A stretch of DNA of 64,000 nucleotides. Source: Eubacteriales bacterium (GTDB taxonomy: Bacteria > Bacillota > Clostridia > Oscillospirales > CAG-272). The stretch spans positions 6,085-70,084 of the forward strand of contig JAZQWO010000013.1 in NCBI GenBank assembly GCA_045632405.1, read 5' to 3'. Under the pieces are notes generated by a model, which was not told the DNA's origin, did no database searches, and was given only the letters and a program-made list of their open reading frames with translations. The position numbers were made by a program, and so were the translations under genes. This document shows positions 37,609 through 47,286 of the stretch, one piece after another. Every line of letters begins with the position of its first letter. Positions within the stretch are counted from its first letter, which is position 1.

Positions 37609-38843
37609 AATACGGTGTTATTGGGGAGCATTTAAAGCATAGCTTCTCCCCTGAAATTCACGCGCAGATAGGCGACTATCAGTACGAGGTTAAGGAAATT
37701 GAGCCGCAAAATCTTGAAGCCTTTATAAAAGGCAGAGATTTTTTGGGCATCAATGTAACAATTCCATATAAAGAAAAGGTTATTCCTATGCTTGACTATG
37801 TGGACACTGCCGCTATGAAAATCGGCGCGGTTAATACAGTTGTCAACAAAGACGGCAAGCTATACGGTTATAACACGGACTATTCGGGAATGATGTCACT
37901 TGTTCACCGAATAGGACTTGATATTAGAGGTAAAAAGGTGCTTGTAATCGGCACAGGCGGCACATCCAAAACCGCCACGCAGGTTATAGGGGATTTGGGC
38001 GCGAGAGAAATTATATATGTTTCTCACAAGCCAACACCGGGCGCATTTACCTACGAGGAGGTGTACAGCTACCACACAGATTGTGAGATTATTTTCAATA
38101 CCTCACCTGTGGGCATGTATCCAAATAATGACGATATCCCCTTGGAGCTTGAACGATTCCCTCGCATAGAGGGAGTTCTTGATGTAGTTTATAACCCCAT
38201 AAGGACAAGCCTTGTGCAGCGCGCCCACTCTCTTGGCATCAAAGCCGAGGGCGGACTATATATGCTTGGTGCACAGGCTGTATATGCAAGTGAGCATTTT
38301 TCCCTAGGGAGTGTGGATAATTCCCTTTTTGAAAAGGTATTTAAGTCGGTTCTTTCGGAAAAGGACAATATTGCCTTGATAGGAATGCCTGGCAGTGGCA
38401 AAACCACAGTAGGCAAGCTGATCGCTGAAAAAACAGGCAAGAAATTTGTAGATACAGATGAAGAAATAGTAAAGAAAATAGGTATGAGCATCCCCGGGTA
38501 TTTTGAAAAATTTGGGGAGAAGGAGTTCCGCGCGGTTGAGAGTGAGGTTATAAAGGAGCTTGGGGCTCAAAATAATCTTGTAATTGCCACAGGCGGCGGT
38601 GCGGTTTTGAATTCCGACAACGTGAAGCGCTTGAAGCACAATAGCCGTGTTTATTTTCTTAACAGAGACCTTTCCTTGATTGTACCTACCAGCGACAGAC
38701 CTCTTTCAAGTAATTATGCTGACTTGGAGAAAAGATACAAGGAGAGATACGGAATTTACAGCTCCTCCTGTGATTTGTGTGTTGATGGCAACGGCACAAA
38801 ATGGGAAGTGGCAGAGCAAATAATAGAGGACTATAAAAAATGA
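37605..38843 (+). CDS. aroE/aroK: shikimate dehydrogenase fused to shikimate kinase
   Basis: N-terminal GVIGEHLKHSFSPEIH plus Rossmann GTGGTSK. C-terminal P-loop IGMPGSGKTTVGK...DTD. ATGA overlap with aroC. Confidence 0.85.
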   Translation: MKYGVIGEHLKHSFSPEIHAQIGDYQYEVKEIEPQNLEAFIKGRDFLGINVTIPYKEKVIPMLDYVDTAAMKIGAVNTVVNKDGKLYGYNTDYSGMMSLVHRIGLDIRGKKVLVIGTGGTSKTATQVIGDLGAREIIYVSHKPTPGAFTYEEVYSYHTDCEIIFNTSPVGMYPNNDDIPLELERFPRIEGVLDVVYNPIRTSLVQRAHSLGIKAEGGLYMLGAQAVYASEHFSLGSVDNSLFEKVFKSVLSEKDNIALIGMPGSGKTTVGKLIAEKTGKKFVDTDEEIVKKIGMSIPGYFEKFGEKEFRAVESEVIKELGAQNNLVIATGGGAVLNSDNVKRLKHNSRVYFLNRDLSLIVPTSDRPLSSNYADLEKRYKERYGIYSSSCDLCVDGNGTKWEVAEQIIEDYKK

Positions 38844-39286
38844 AGGTTTTAGTTATTAACGGACCCAATATTAATTTTTTGGGAATTCGAGAGCCTCAGA
38901 TATACGGCAGTGAAACATATGAAAATATGCTTGAAAAGATAAGGGCGCACGCCCACAAAATCGGAATTGAGGTTGGCTTTTATCAGTCTAACCACGAGGG
39001 GGATTTGGTGGATGCCATCCAAGGCGCGTACTTTGACAAAATTGACGGCATAGTTATTAATCCTGCCGCATACACCCACACAAGCATAGCTATTCTTGAT
39101 GCGCTGAAATCCGTTGGCATTCCAACAGTGGAGGTTCACCTGTCCGCGGTTGAAAAGCGGGAGGACTTCAGGCAAGTGAGCTATGTTCGTATGTATGCCG
39201 AAAAAACAATTACAGGCAAGGGAATAGCTGGGTATATAGAGGCGCTTGATTATTTGAAGGAAAAGGAAAATGAAAGTAGAAATTGA
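38840..39286 (+). CDS. aroQ: type II 3-dehydroquinate dehydratase
   Basis: VLVINGPNINFLGIREPQIYG...SNHEG...INPAAYTHTSIA. Confidence 0.95.
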   Translation: MKVLVINGPNINFLGIREPQIYGSETYENMLEKIRAHAHKIGIEVGFYQSNHEGDLVDAIQGAYFDKIDGIVINPAAYTHTSIAILDALKSVGIPTVEVHLSAVEKREDFRQVSYVRMYAEKTITGKGIAGYIEALDYLKEKENESRN

Positions 39287-40466
39287 AAAGGGCAGAGCAA
39301 GCGGAAAAATCAAAGCTCCCCCATCCAAAAGCTATGCGCACAGGCTTTTAATTTGCGGTGCGCTGGCGAAAGGAAATAGCCAAATTGACGGTGTTTCGGA
39401 AAGCGTAGATATGAAAGCAACCCTTGAATGCATAAAGGCATCAGGGGCGGATTTTACAAAAAACGGCGACACAGTGTCGATAAATGGCGGAATTAAAGAG
39501 GGAAACAGACAGTTTCATTGCTATGAAAGTGGCTCCACTCTCAGGTTCTTTATACCTATTGCACTTCTGACAGGTGATGTATGTACCTTTACAGGAACAG
39601 AACGGTTGATGTCAAGAGGAATTTCGGTGTATGAGGAAATCTTTAAGAGTCAAGGAATTCTTTGCACTAAGGAAAACGACAAAATTGTGTTGAAGGGTAA
39701 GCTTCATCCCGATGTTTTCAGCCTGCGCGGAGATATAAGCAGCCAGTTTATCAGCGGACTTTTGTTTGCGCTACCTCTTTTGAACGGTGACAGTATAATT
39801 AACATCACAACAGAGCTTGAAAGTGCCGCCTATGTTGATATTACAATAGAGTGCTTGAAGAGCTTTGGAATTGAAATTGTAAGAGGTCAAAACACCCTCT
39901 ACATAAGGGGAAATCAAAAATACAAGGCGTGCCACCAGGTGGTAGAGGGGGATTATTCCAACTCTGCATTTTTGGATGCATTTAACCTTTTGGGCGGGGA
40001 CGTGTCTGTTTTAGGCTTAAATGAGTTCTCTTCCCAGGGAGACAAGGTGTACCGTGAGTATTTCAAATCTCTTGAAAATGACACCCCAACGCTTGACGTT
40101 TCTGCTTGCCCCGATTTAGCGCCCGTTTTGTTTGCTTTAGCATCCGTAAAGAACGGTGCTACCTTTGTTGGTACAAGGAGATTGAAAATAAAGGAAAGCG
40201 ACAGAGCCGCGGCTATGAAGGAGGAGCTTGAAAAGCTTGGAGTAGAGGTCAAGGTATTTGAAAACTCTGTTACTGTCAGCGGAGGCGCAACAGTGCCAAG
40301 TGCAGAGCTGTGCGGTCACAATGACCATAGAATTGTAATGGCATTGAGCATTTTGCTCACTCATTTTGGCGGTGTGATTAACGGCTGTGAGGCGGTTAGC
40401 AAAAGCTATCCTGGTTTCTTTGAGGACATAGCAAAATTAGGAATTAGGAGCTTTATATTAAAATGA
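39270..40466 (+). CDS. aroA: 3-phosphoshikimate 1-carboxyvinyltransferase (EPSP synthase)
   Basis: KAPPSKSYAHRLLICGAL...; KESDR motif (LKIKESDRAAAM); DHRIVMA. Confidence 0.9.
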   Translation: MKVEIEKGRASGKIKAPPSKSYAHRLLICGALAKGNSQIDGVSESVDMKATLECIKASGADFTKNGDTVSINGGIKEGNRQFHCYESGSTLRFFIPIALLTGDVCTFTGTERLMSRGISVYEEIFKSQGILCTKENDKIVLKGKLHPDVFSLRGDISSQFISGLLFALPLLNGDSIINITTELESAAYVDITIECLKSFGIEIVRGQNTLYIRGNQKYKACHQVVEGDYSNSAFLDAFNLLGGDVSVLGLNEFSSQGDKVYREYFKSLENDTPTLDVSACPDLAPVLFALASVKNGATFVGTRRLKIKESDRAAAMKEELEKLGVEVKVFENSVTVSGGATVPSAELCGHNDHRIVMALSILLTHFGGVINGCEAVSKSYPGFFEDIAKLGIRSFILK

Positions 40467-41320
40467 AGATAATTAATGACGTTAAATTTTTAATTGTAGG
40501 ACTTGGCTTGATAGGCGGCTCATATGCACAGGCGCTTTCTGACCTCGGTTATGAGGTAGGGGCAATTACCAAGGAGCAGGACTCTATTGACTATGCTCTT
40601 GAAAAGGGCATAATTTCCCACGGAACAACTGAGGTAAGTGCTGACTATGTCAGTCAGTTTGATATGGTTATCTTTGCTCTTTATCCCAATATTCTTGTAG
40701 ATTGGATAAAGGAAAATCAAAAATGCTTCAAAAAGGGTGCGCTTTTAACGGACGTAACAGGCGTTAAGTGCCCTCTTGTATATGACATACAATCAATTTT
40801 GAGGGATGATGTTGAATTTATAGGCGCGCATCCTATGGCAGGACGAGAGGTTTACGGTGTTAAAAATGCCGATAAAACAATTTTCAGAAACGCCAACTAT
40901 ATCGTCACTCCAACCGACAAAAATACAAAGGAAGGAATTGCAGCCTGCAGTAGCCTTGGTAAAATTTTAGGATTTAAAACAGTGGCGATTCTATCCCCTG
41001 AGGAGCACGATGAAATGATAGGCTTTTTGTCGCAGCTTACCCACTGTATAGCCGTTTCATTGATGACCTGTAAGGAGTCAGAGCACTTGGTCGATTACAC
41101 AGGCGACTCCTTCAGAGATTTAACAAGAATTGCAAAAATTAATGAGGATATGTGGTGCGAGCTATTCCTTATGAATAAAAAAGAGCTTCTTGCTCAGATG
41201 GATTTGTTTATTGACAAGTTTACAGAGCTTAAAAGCTCTATCGAAAGCTCCGACACTGAAAAAATAAAATCAATTATGAGAACTTCTACCCAACGCAGAA
41301 GATACTTTGATAAGAAATAG
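40463..41320 (+). CDS. tyrA: prephenate dehydrogenase
   Basis: IVGLGLIGGSYAQAL Rossmann motif; GAHPMAGRE. Confidence 0.85.
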   Translation: MKIINDVKFLIVGLGLIGGSYAQALSDLGYEVGAITKEQDSIDYALEKGIISHGTTEVSADYVSQFDMVIFALYPNILVDWIKENQKCFKKGALLTDVTGVKCPLVYDIQSILRDDVEFIGAHPMAGREVYGVKNADKTIFRNANYIVTPTDKNTKEGIAACSSLGKILGFKTVAILSPEEHDEMIGFLSQLTHCIAVSLMTCKESEHLVDYTGDSFRDLTRIAKINEDMWCELFLMNKKELLAQMDLFIDKFTELKSSIESSDTEKIKSIMRTSTQRRRYFDKK

Positions 41321-41335
41321 GAAGGAAAAAGTATC

Positions 41336-42367
41336 ATGAATATGAATTTCAAAAGAAAATTACCAATACCAATGGAAATAAAGAAAATGTACCCACTCTC
41401 TGACGATTTGGCAAAAATCAAAGCGGAGAACGACAAGGAAATTCAATCGGTTTTCAAGGGAGAGAGCGACAAGCTTGTTCTTGTTATAGGACCTTGCTCC
41501 GCAGACCGTGAGGACGCTGTGCTTGATTATATTTCAAGACTTCGTCGTGTACAGGAAGCGGTTAAGGACAAGATTGTTATAGTTCCAAGAATTTATACAA
41601 ACAAGCCAAGAACAACAGGTGACGGCTATAAGGGTATGCTCCATCAGCCCGACCCACAGGAAAGTCCCGATATGCTAAAGGGACTTATTTCCATTCGTAA
41701 GCTTCATATGAAGGCACTCGAGGAAACAGGCTTCTCCTGTGCTGACGAAATGCTGTATCCCGATAATTACAGATATTTGAACGATATTTTGTCCTACGTG
41801 GCAATCGGCGCGCGCTCTGTGGAAAATCAGGAGCATCGCTTGACGGCCAGTGGACTTGACATTCCCGTTGGCATGAAAAATCCAACAGGCGGTGATATTT
41901 CCGTTATGATGAACTCTATAACCGCCGCTCAGCACCCTCATACATTTATTTACCGCGGTTGGGAGGTTGAGTCACAGGGCAACCCATTGGCGCATGCAAT
42001 CCTTCGTGGCTATGTCAACAAGTACGGTCAGTCCTTGCCAAATTATCACTATGAGGATTTGATAGGACTTTGCGAAACATATGCAAAAACCAATCTTGTA
42101 AATCCGGGTGTTATAGTAGATACAAACCACGCAAATTCAGGCAAAAAGTGGGAGGAGCAAATCCGCATTGCAAAAGAGGTGCTTCACTCCACACGTCACA
42201 GTAACGATGTTAAAAATCTTGTTAAGGGCTTTATGATAGAATCCTATATTGAGGACGGTGCACAAAAGCCTGACGGCTGTGTATACGGTAAATCAATTAC
42301 CGACCCTTGCCTCGGCTGGGAAAAGACAGAAAAGCTTATTCTCGACATTGCTGACCTTAGAAAATAA
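41336..42367 (+). CDS. aroF: 3-deoxy-7-phosphoheptulonate (DAHP) synthase, class I
   Basis: VIGPCSADRED...VPRIYTNKPRT...DTNHANSGK. Confidence 0.85.
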   Translation: MNMNFKRKLPIPMEIKKMYPLSDDLAKIKAENDKEIQSVFKGESDKLVLVIGPCSADREDAVLDYISRLRRVQEAVKDKIVIVPRIYTNKPRTTGDGYKGMLHQPDPQESPDMLKGLISIRKLHMKALEETGFSCADEMLYPDNYRYLNDILSYVAIGARSVENQEHRLTASGLDIPVGMKNPTGGDISVMMNSITAAQHPHTFIYRGWEVESQGNPLAHAILRGYVNKYGQSLPNYHYEDLIGLCETYAKTNLVNPGVIVDTNHANSGKKWEEQIRIAKEVLHSTRHSNDVKNLVKGFMIESYIEDGAQKPDGCVYGKSITDPCLGWEKTEKLILDIADLRK

Positions 42368-42372
42368 ACACA

Positions 42373-42401
42373 AAACGGCACGAAAATTCGTGCCGTTTTT
42401 T
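42373..42401 (+). terminator. intrinsic terminator of the aro operon
   Basis: Stem cggcacgaa/ttcgtgccg followed by tttttt. Confidence 0.85.
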
Positions 42402-42402
42402 C

Positions 42403-42431
42403 TTGACAATCTTGCAAGCTTGTGCTATACT
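42403..42431 (+). promoter_or_regulatory. sigma-A promoter of the GntR-ABC module
   Basis: TTGACA, 17 nt spacer, TATACT. Confidence 0.65.
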
Positions 42432-42467
42432 ACAGATGTAACAGATAATACAGATAATACAGAATGA
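42432..42467 (+). repeat. 4 x 9-bp direct repeat in the leader (candidate operator)
   Basis: acagatgta acagataat acagataat acagaatga. Confidence 0.8.
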
Positions 42468-42468
42468 G

Positions 42469-42837
42469 GTGGGTAATATTCTGAATTTTTCGGGAAAACA
42501 GGATGTATATATTGAGCTTGCCGAAAGGTACAAGCAATACATTCTTAGTGGAATATATAAAAATGGTGACAAGCTCCCCTCTGTAAGAGTGGTGGCAACG
42601 GAGCTTTCGGTCAATCCAAATACGGTGGCTAAGGCATATGCGCTTTTGGAAAGCGAAGGCTACATCGTGGCACTGCCCAAAAAGGGTGCATATGTAGTAT
42701 ATGAGCAGGCGGTGACATCAAACAGGTCAAGCAAAAATGCGGAGCTTGTAAGAGAGATAAATGAAGCCCGCGAAAACGGCACTGCCTATGATGAGATAAT
42801 AACGCTTGTTAAGGAGGTATACGGAGTCAATGATTAG
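42469..42837 (+). CDS. GntR-family (YtrA-subfamily) transcriptional regulator
   Basis: wHTH LPSVRVVATELSVNPNTVAKAYALLESEGYI with a short C-terminus. GTG start is uncertain. Confidence 0.8.
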   Translation: MGNILNFSGKQDVYIELAERYKQYILSGIYKNGDKLPSVRVVATELSVNPNTVAKAYALLESEGYIVALPKKGAYVVYEQAVTSNRSSKNAELVREINEARENGTAYDEIITLVKEVYGVND

Positions 42838-43696
42838 TGTAAAAAATATAAGCTATAAAATTGGTGATGCGCAAATATTAAAGGATATCAACTTGGAAAT
42901 TCCCGAAGGCTCAATAGTCGGTCTTGCCGGAATTAACGGTGCGGGCAAATCTACACTTTTGCGCTTGATGTCAGGAGTTTATACCTTGAACGAAGGCTCT
43001 GTTGAGTATGACGGACAAGGTGTTGGAGAGGAAAAAACACGAGAGCAAATTTTCTTTCTCCCCGACGACCCATATTATACACAGCAGTCCACAATGAAAA
43101 GCATTGTGGAAATGTACAAGGTGTTTTATCCGTCCTTTGATATGAGCACATACGAAAGACTGTCAAAGAAATTCAAAATTGACGAGGAAAAGCCTCTGCG
43201 CTCCTGCTCCAAGGGTATGCGCCGACAAATCTATATAGCAATTGCAATTTCAATTAAGCCTAAATATCTTTTGCTTGATGAGGCGTTTGACGGTCTTGAC
43301 CCTCTTTCCCGACATACGGTGAAAATGGAATTTATAAATATGGTAGAAAACGATGACACAACCATAATTATATCAAGCCATTCATTAAAGGAAATTGAGG
43401 ATTTTTGCGACACCTATGCAATCATAGACAACAAAACCATTGTCAGCTCAGGCGATATTTCCGACAAGGTAGGAAACTACTGCAAATTTATGCTTGCCTT
43501 TGATAAAGAGGTATCAACGGAGCTTTTTGCAACTTTGCCATCAGTGTCAATTACAAAAAACGGCAAGTTCATTACAGCCGTTTTCAATGGTAAAAGCGAT
43601 GAAATCTGTGAAAAGCTGCAAGAGCTATCTCCCTTGGTTATGGAGGAGCTGCCCTTTAATTTTGAGGAAGTCTTTATAAGTGAGGTGCAGAAATAA
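42830..43696 (+). CDS. ABC transporter ATP-binding protein
   Basis: Walker A GINGAGKST, signature CSKGMRRQ, Walker B LLLDEAFDGLD. ATG 42830 overlaps the regulator stop. Confidence 0.85.
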   Translation: MISVKNISYKIGDAQILKDINLEIPEGSIVGLAGINGAGKSTLLRLMSGVYTLNEGSVEYDGQGVGEEKTREQIFFLPDDPYYTQQSTMKSIVEMYKVFYPSFDMSTYERLSKKFKIDEEKPLRSCSKGMRRQIYIAIAISIKPKYLLLDEAFDGLDPLSRHTVKMEFINMVENDDTTIIISSHSLKEIEDFCDTYAIIDNKTIVSSGDISDKVGNYCKFMLAFDKEVSTELFATLPSVSITKNGKFITAVFNGKSDEICEKLQELSPLVMEELPFNFEEVFISEVQK

Positions 43697-44637
43697 TGAG
43701 TAGCTTTAAAAAATATTTTCTATACCATTTCAAAAAATCTGCCCTGCGCCAAATGCTGGTTTGCTTTCTTTGTGTCATTTTTTCGATTATGCAAATGAGC
43801 GGTTTGGATGAGTATTATTCACCCTCAAGAGTTGCATTTATACTTGGTGTGCTTTGCTCTGTCATTCCTGTTTTGGAGCTTTCGGCCTTTAAAAACAGGA
43901 GAAATCTTGACTCTCTGTTCTCCTTACCCGTTAGCCGAAAAAAGCAGGCACTGGCACACTATCTGAACGGAATCATCCAAATTTCTGCAGCATATACATT
44001 TAGCTGCGCCCTTTCGCTTATACAATTGATATCATTTAACCGTGGGGCAATAATCGGTTATTTTGTAGCCTATTATTTCCTTTCCTTGATTGCAGGCATT
44101 TTGATATATTCCATATTTATGTTCCTGTTTAATCAAGCAAATACAGTGATAGACGGAATTTTATTTGAAATCTTAGGCGCGTTTGCCCTGTTCTTTGCGG
44201 TACAAGCGATAAGAACAGTAACAGATACCTTGGGTAATCACCCCTATGCTACATATTCCGTATTTGCTCCCATAGGCTCGGGGGGATTATATAAAATTGT
44301 CAGGGATTTAAGCTTTTCTCTCGGCTGGAGCTATATCGTTATGCTCACTGTGTGGACCTTGATCGGCATTTGTTCAATATTCGGCTATTTCTACACCTTT
44401 GAAAGGAAAAAGGTAGAGGCGGTTGGCGGTATTTCCGACGCCCTCTTTGGCTACAAGATGTTTATTCCCGTGTGGGCATACTCGCTTGTTACAATGGGAC
44501 TTATGGAAGCATCAATATTTGTGTGCATATCAATGCTGATCGGCTATATAATTTATAGACGCGGCTTTCAATTTACCAAATCTGATTTAATTTCTATGAT
44601 AATGATAATTCCATTTTTAGCACTTGGCTGTGTGTAA
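43696..44637 (+). CDS. polytopic membrane protein (putative ABC-2-like permease partner)
   Basis: 313 aa with about 7 hydrophobic helices. Start overlaps the ATPase stop. Confidence 0.6.
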   Translation: MSSFKKYFLYHFKKSALRQMLVCFLCVIFSIMQMSGLDEYYSPSRVAFILGVLCSVIPVLELSAFKNRRNLDSLFSLPVSRKKQALAHYLNGIIQISAAYTFSCALSLIQLISFNRGAIIGYFVAYYFLSLIAGILIYSIFMFLFNQANTVIDGILFEILGAFALFFAVQAIRTVTDTLGNHPYATYSVFAPIGSGGLYKIVRDLSFSLGWSYIVMLTVWTLIGICSIFGYFYTFERKKVEAVGGISDALFGYKMFIPVWAYSLVTMGLMEASIFVCISMLIGYIIYRRGFQFTKSDLISMIMIIPFLALGCV

Positions 44638-44644
44638 AATAAAA

Positions 44645-44676
44645 GCTGCAGGATTTTTAAAGTCCTGCAGTTTTTT
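44645..44676. terminator. bidirectional terminator
   Basis: Stem ctgcaggat/gtcctgcag followed by tttttt. Confidence 0.8.
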
Positions 44677-44679
44677 GTT

Positions 44680-45984
44680 TTACATAATTTTGTCGTGATG
44701 CTTGTGTCTGTCGTGGTGCTTGATACGGTGGCTTGTTTGTCCCTCAGGGTCAATTTCGCCTGCCTTTTGGAGAGAAATCTTTGTAAGGAACGGTCCTACA
44801 AGCTCGTAAATAAGAACGGAGAAAAGGGTAATGTTTGCTACCATATGTCCGATTTCGCCGCCAAAGGATGAAGCCTTCAGTGCCATACCGAGAGCAACGC
44901 CTGCCTGCGGGAAAAGGGTGATGCCCAGGTACTTTTTAACATTTGGCTCGGCGTGGGAAATGTCGGAAGAAATCCTTGCGCCGAAGTATTTACCAAGACA
45001 ACGGAATATGATATACGCAAAGCCAACAAGAAGAACAACGCCGTCTGTAAATACGGAAAGCTCAAGCTCAGCGCCGCTAAGCACAAAGAACAATATGTAA
45101 ATAGGACCTGTCCAACGGTCAAGTCTGTCCATAAGCTCAGCAGAGAAGTCACAAACGTTACAGAAGATTGTGCCGAGCATCATACAGGAAAGAAGTGGAG
45201 AGAATGCAATGTGGATTGAGCCGATATGCAAATCCTTAAGACTTGAAATAGCAACGGTCAAGAACACAAATGCAACGGACACGGAAAGTCTTTTTGAACG
45301 TGAATGGAAAAATCTTTCAATAAATGTAAAGATATAACCCATAATAGCGCCAAGAGCAATAGAGATAACAACCTCTATAAGCGGCTCGACGATGATTGAA
45401 AGAACACTCGCTTCGTTGGAAATTGCGTTTGCAATGCCAAATGAAACAGAGAAAAGAACAAGACCAACGGCATCGTCAAGGGCAACAACAGGCAAAAGTG
45501 TGCTTGTAACAGGACCCTTAGCCTTATACTGCTTAACAACCATAAGTGTTGCGGCAGGAGCAGTAGCTGATGCAACCGCACCGAGAATAATAGCCGCTTC
45601 AAGCGGGAACTTTTCAGGAATAATGAAGTGCAAGCCAATAAGCGCCGCATCAACCACAAGTGTGGTAAACACCGCTTGGAATATACCTATAATAGTTGCC
45701 TTTTTTCCAATGTGCTTCAGCTCATTCAAACGGAATTCATTACCGATAGAAAATGCGATAAAGCCAAGAGCAACATCAGAGATAAGAGCGAATTTCTTTG
45801 ATACCATATCGAATTCGGTAAAGCCCAAGCCCTGAATGTCAAATGCGCCCAAGCAGAACGGACCAACCAAAATTCCTGCCACCAAATAAGCTGTTACGGC
45901 AGGGAGCTTAGCCAGCTTTGCTAAGCGGGAAAGTATAAGTCCTGCGAACAACGCAACGGACAAGCTGAATAAAATTTTTTCCAT
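44680..45984 (-). CDS. cation:proton antiporter (CPA2/Kef-type) with a His-rich C-terminal tail
   Basis: About 12 TM helices. Na+/H+ exchanger-like motifs. Tail SHRIKHHDRHKHHDKIM. Start taken at ATG 45984. Confidence 0.75.
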   Translation of the reverse strand: MEKILFSLSVALFAGLILSRLAKLAKLPAVTAYLVAGILVGPFCLGAFDIQGLGFTEFDMVSKKFALISDVALGFIAFSIGNEFRLNELKHIGKKATIIGIFQAVFTTLVVDAALIGLHFIIPEKFPLEAAIILGAVASATAPAATLMVVKQYKAKGPVTSTLLPVVALDDAVGLVLFSVSFGIANAISNEASVLSIIVEPLIEVVISIALGAIMGYIFTFIERFFHSRSKRLSVSVAFVFLTVAISSLKDLHIGSIHIAFSPLLSCMMLGTIFCNVCDFSAELMDRLDRWTGPIYILFFVLSGAELELSVFTDGVVLLVGFAYIIFRCLGKYFGARISSDISHAEPNVKKYLGITLFPQAGVALGMALKASSFGGEIGHMVANITLFSVLIYELVGPFLTKISLQKAGEIDPEGQTSHRIKHHDRHKHHDKIM

Positions 45985-46088
45985 AAAATCGCCTTCTTTA
46001 TAATATATTGTCAAAACACATCTATTGTAATACTATCGACAAAGTTTGTCAAGTGCAAATATCAAAATTATGCATAAATTTTACACAA

Positions 46089-46114
46089 GAAAAAAAGAGG
46101 ACAAAATGTCCTCT
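46089..46114 (-). terminator. intrinsic terminator of the malic enzyme gene
   Basis: Stem agaggaca/tgtcctct with a T7 run on the minus strand. Confidence 0.75.
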
Positions 46115-47286
46115 TAAATTCTGTTAACTCCTGTTTTTTTCGCGGCTTCAATAACCGCTCTTGCGACCACCTTGGCAACCTGCTTGTTGAGCGCTGACGG
46201 AATAATATTTTCTTCATTCAATTCCGCCTCGTCAATAAGAGAAGCCAATGCGTATGATGTTGCAACCTTCATTTCTTCGTTTATGCACGTTGCGCGGCAA
46301 TCAAGCGCACCTCTGAAAATGCCGGGGAATGCAAGAACGTTGTTTATCTGGTTTGGGAAGTCGCTTCTGCCCGTGCCAACCACACGCGCGCCTGCCGCCT
46401 TTGCAAGGTCAGGCATAATTTCAGGCGTAGGATTTGCCATTGGGAAAACAATGGGGTCACTCGCCATAGACTTTATCATTTCGGGAGTTACAATGTTTGG
46501 AGCACTAACTCCTATAAATACATCGGCACCCACCATAGCATCGGCAAGTGTGCCTCTTTTTAACTCGAAATTAGTTAGCTCTGCCATTTCGCGGTGAGCA
46601 TCGTTCAAGCTCTCGTCGCCCTTACATATAATGCCAAAGCGGTCAACCATAGTAAGATTTTTGACGCCCATATTGAGTAGGTGCTTGCCAATAGCGATAC
46701 CTGCCGAGCCTGCGCCGTTTATAACAACCTTGATGTCTTCAATGTCCTTTTTCACAACCTTTAAGGCGTTCAAAAGTGCTGCGGCAACAACAATGGCAGT
46801 GCCGTGCTGGTCATCGTGAAAAACGGGAATATCGCACACGTCCTTCAGTCTTTTTTCAATTTCAAAGCAACGGGGAGCGGAAATATCCTCTAAATTGATG
46901 CCACCAAATGAGCCGGAAATCAGCTCTATTGTGCGCACAATTTCATTCACGTCCTTTGATTTTACGCAAATCGGAAAGGCATCAACATCTGCAAATTCCT
47001 TGAAAAGTGCACACTTGCCTTCCATAACAGGCATACCTGCCAAGGGACCTATATCGCCCAAGCCAAGGACAGCTGTGCCGTCGGTTATAACCGCAACTAA
47101 ATTAGAACGCCTTGTCAGCTCGTATGATTTACTTTCGTCCTTTTGTATTTCAAGGCAAGGCTCTGCAACACCTGGTGTATATGCCAAGGACAAATCCTCT
47201 CGAGTGTCAATTTTCACGCGGGAAACAACCTCGATTTTTCCCTGCCATTCGTAGTGCTTTTTCAGTGATTCCTGTCGTATATCCAT
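46114..47286 (-). CDS. NAD(P)-dependent malic enzyme (oxaloacetate-decarboxylating)
   Basis: LAYTPGVAEPC...ITDGTAVLGLGDIG...FHDDQHGTAIV...NGAGSAG. Confidence 0.9.
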   Translation of the reverse strand: MDIRQESLKKHYEWQGKIEVVSRVKIDTREDLSLAYTPGVAEPCLEIQKDESKSYELTRRSNLVAVITDGTAVLGLGDIGPLAGMPVMEGKCALFKEFADVDAFPICVKSKDVNEIVRTIELISGSFGGINLEDISAPRCFEIEKRLKDVCDIPVFHDDQHGTAIVVAAALLNALKVVKKDIEDIKVVINGAGSAGIAIGKHLLNMGVKNLTMVDRFGIICKGDESLNDAHREMAELTNFELKRGTLADAMVGADVFIGVSAPNIVTPEMIKSMASDPIVFPMANPTPEIMPDLAKAAGARVVGTGRSDFPNQINNVLAFPGIFRGALDCRATCINEEMKVATSYALASLIDEAELNEENIIPSALNKQVAKVVARAVIEAAKKTGVNRI

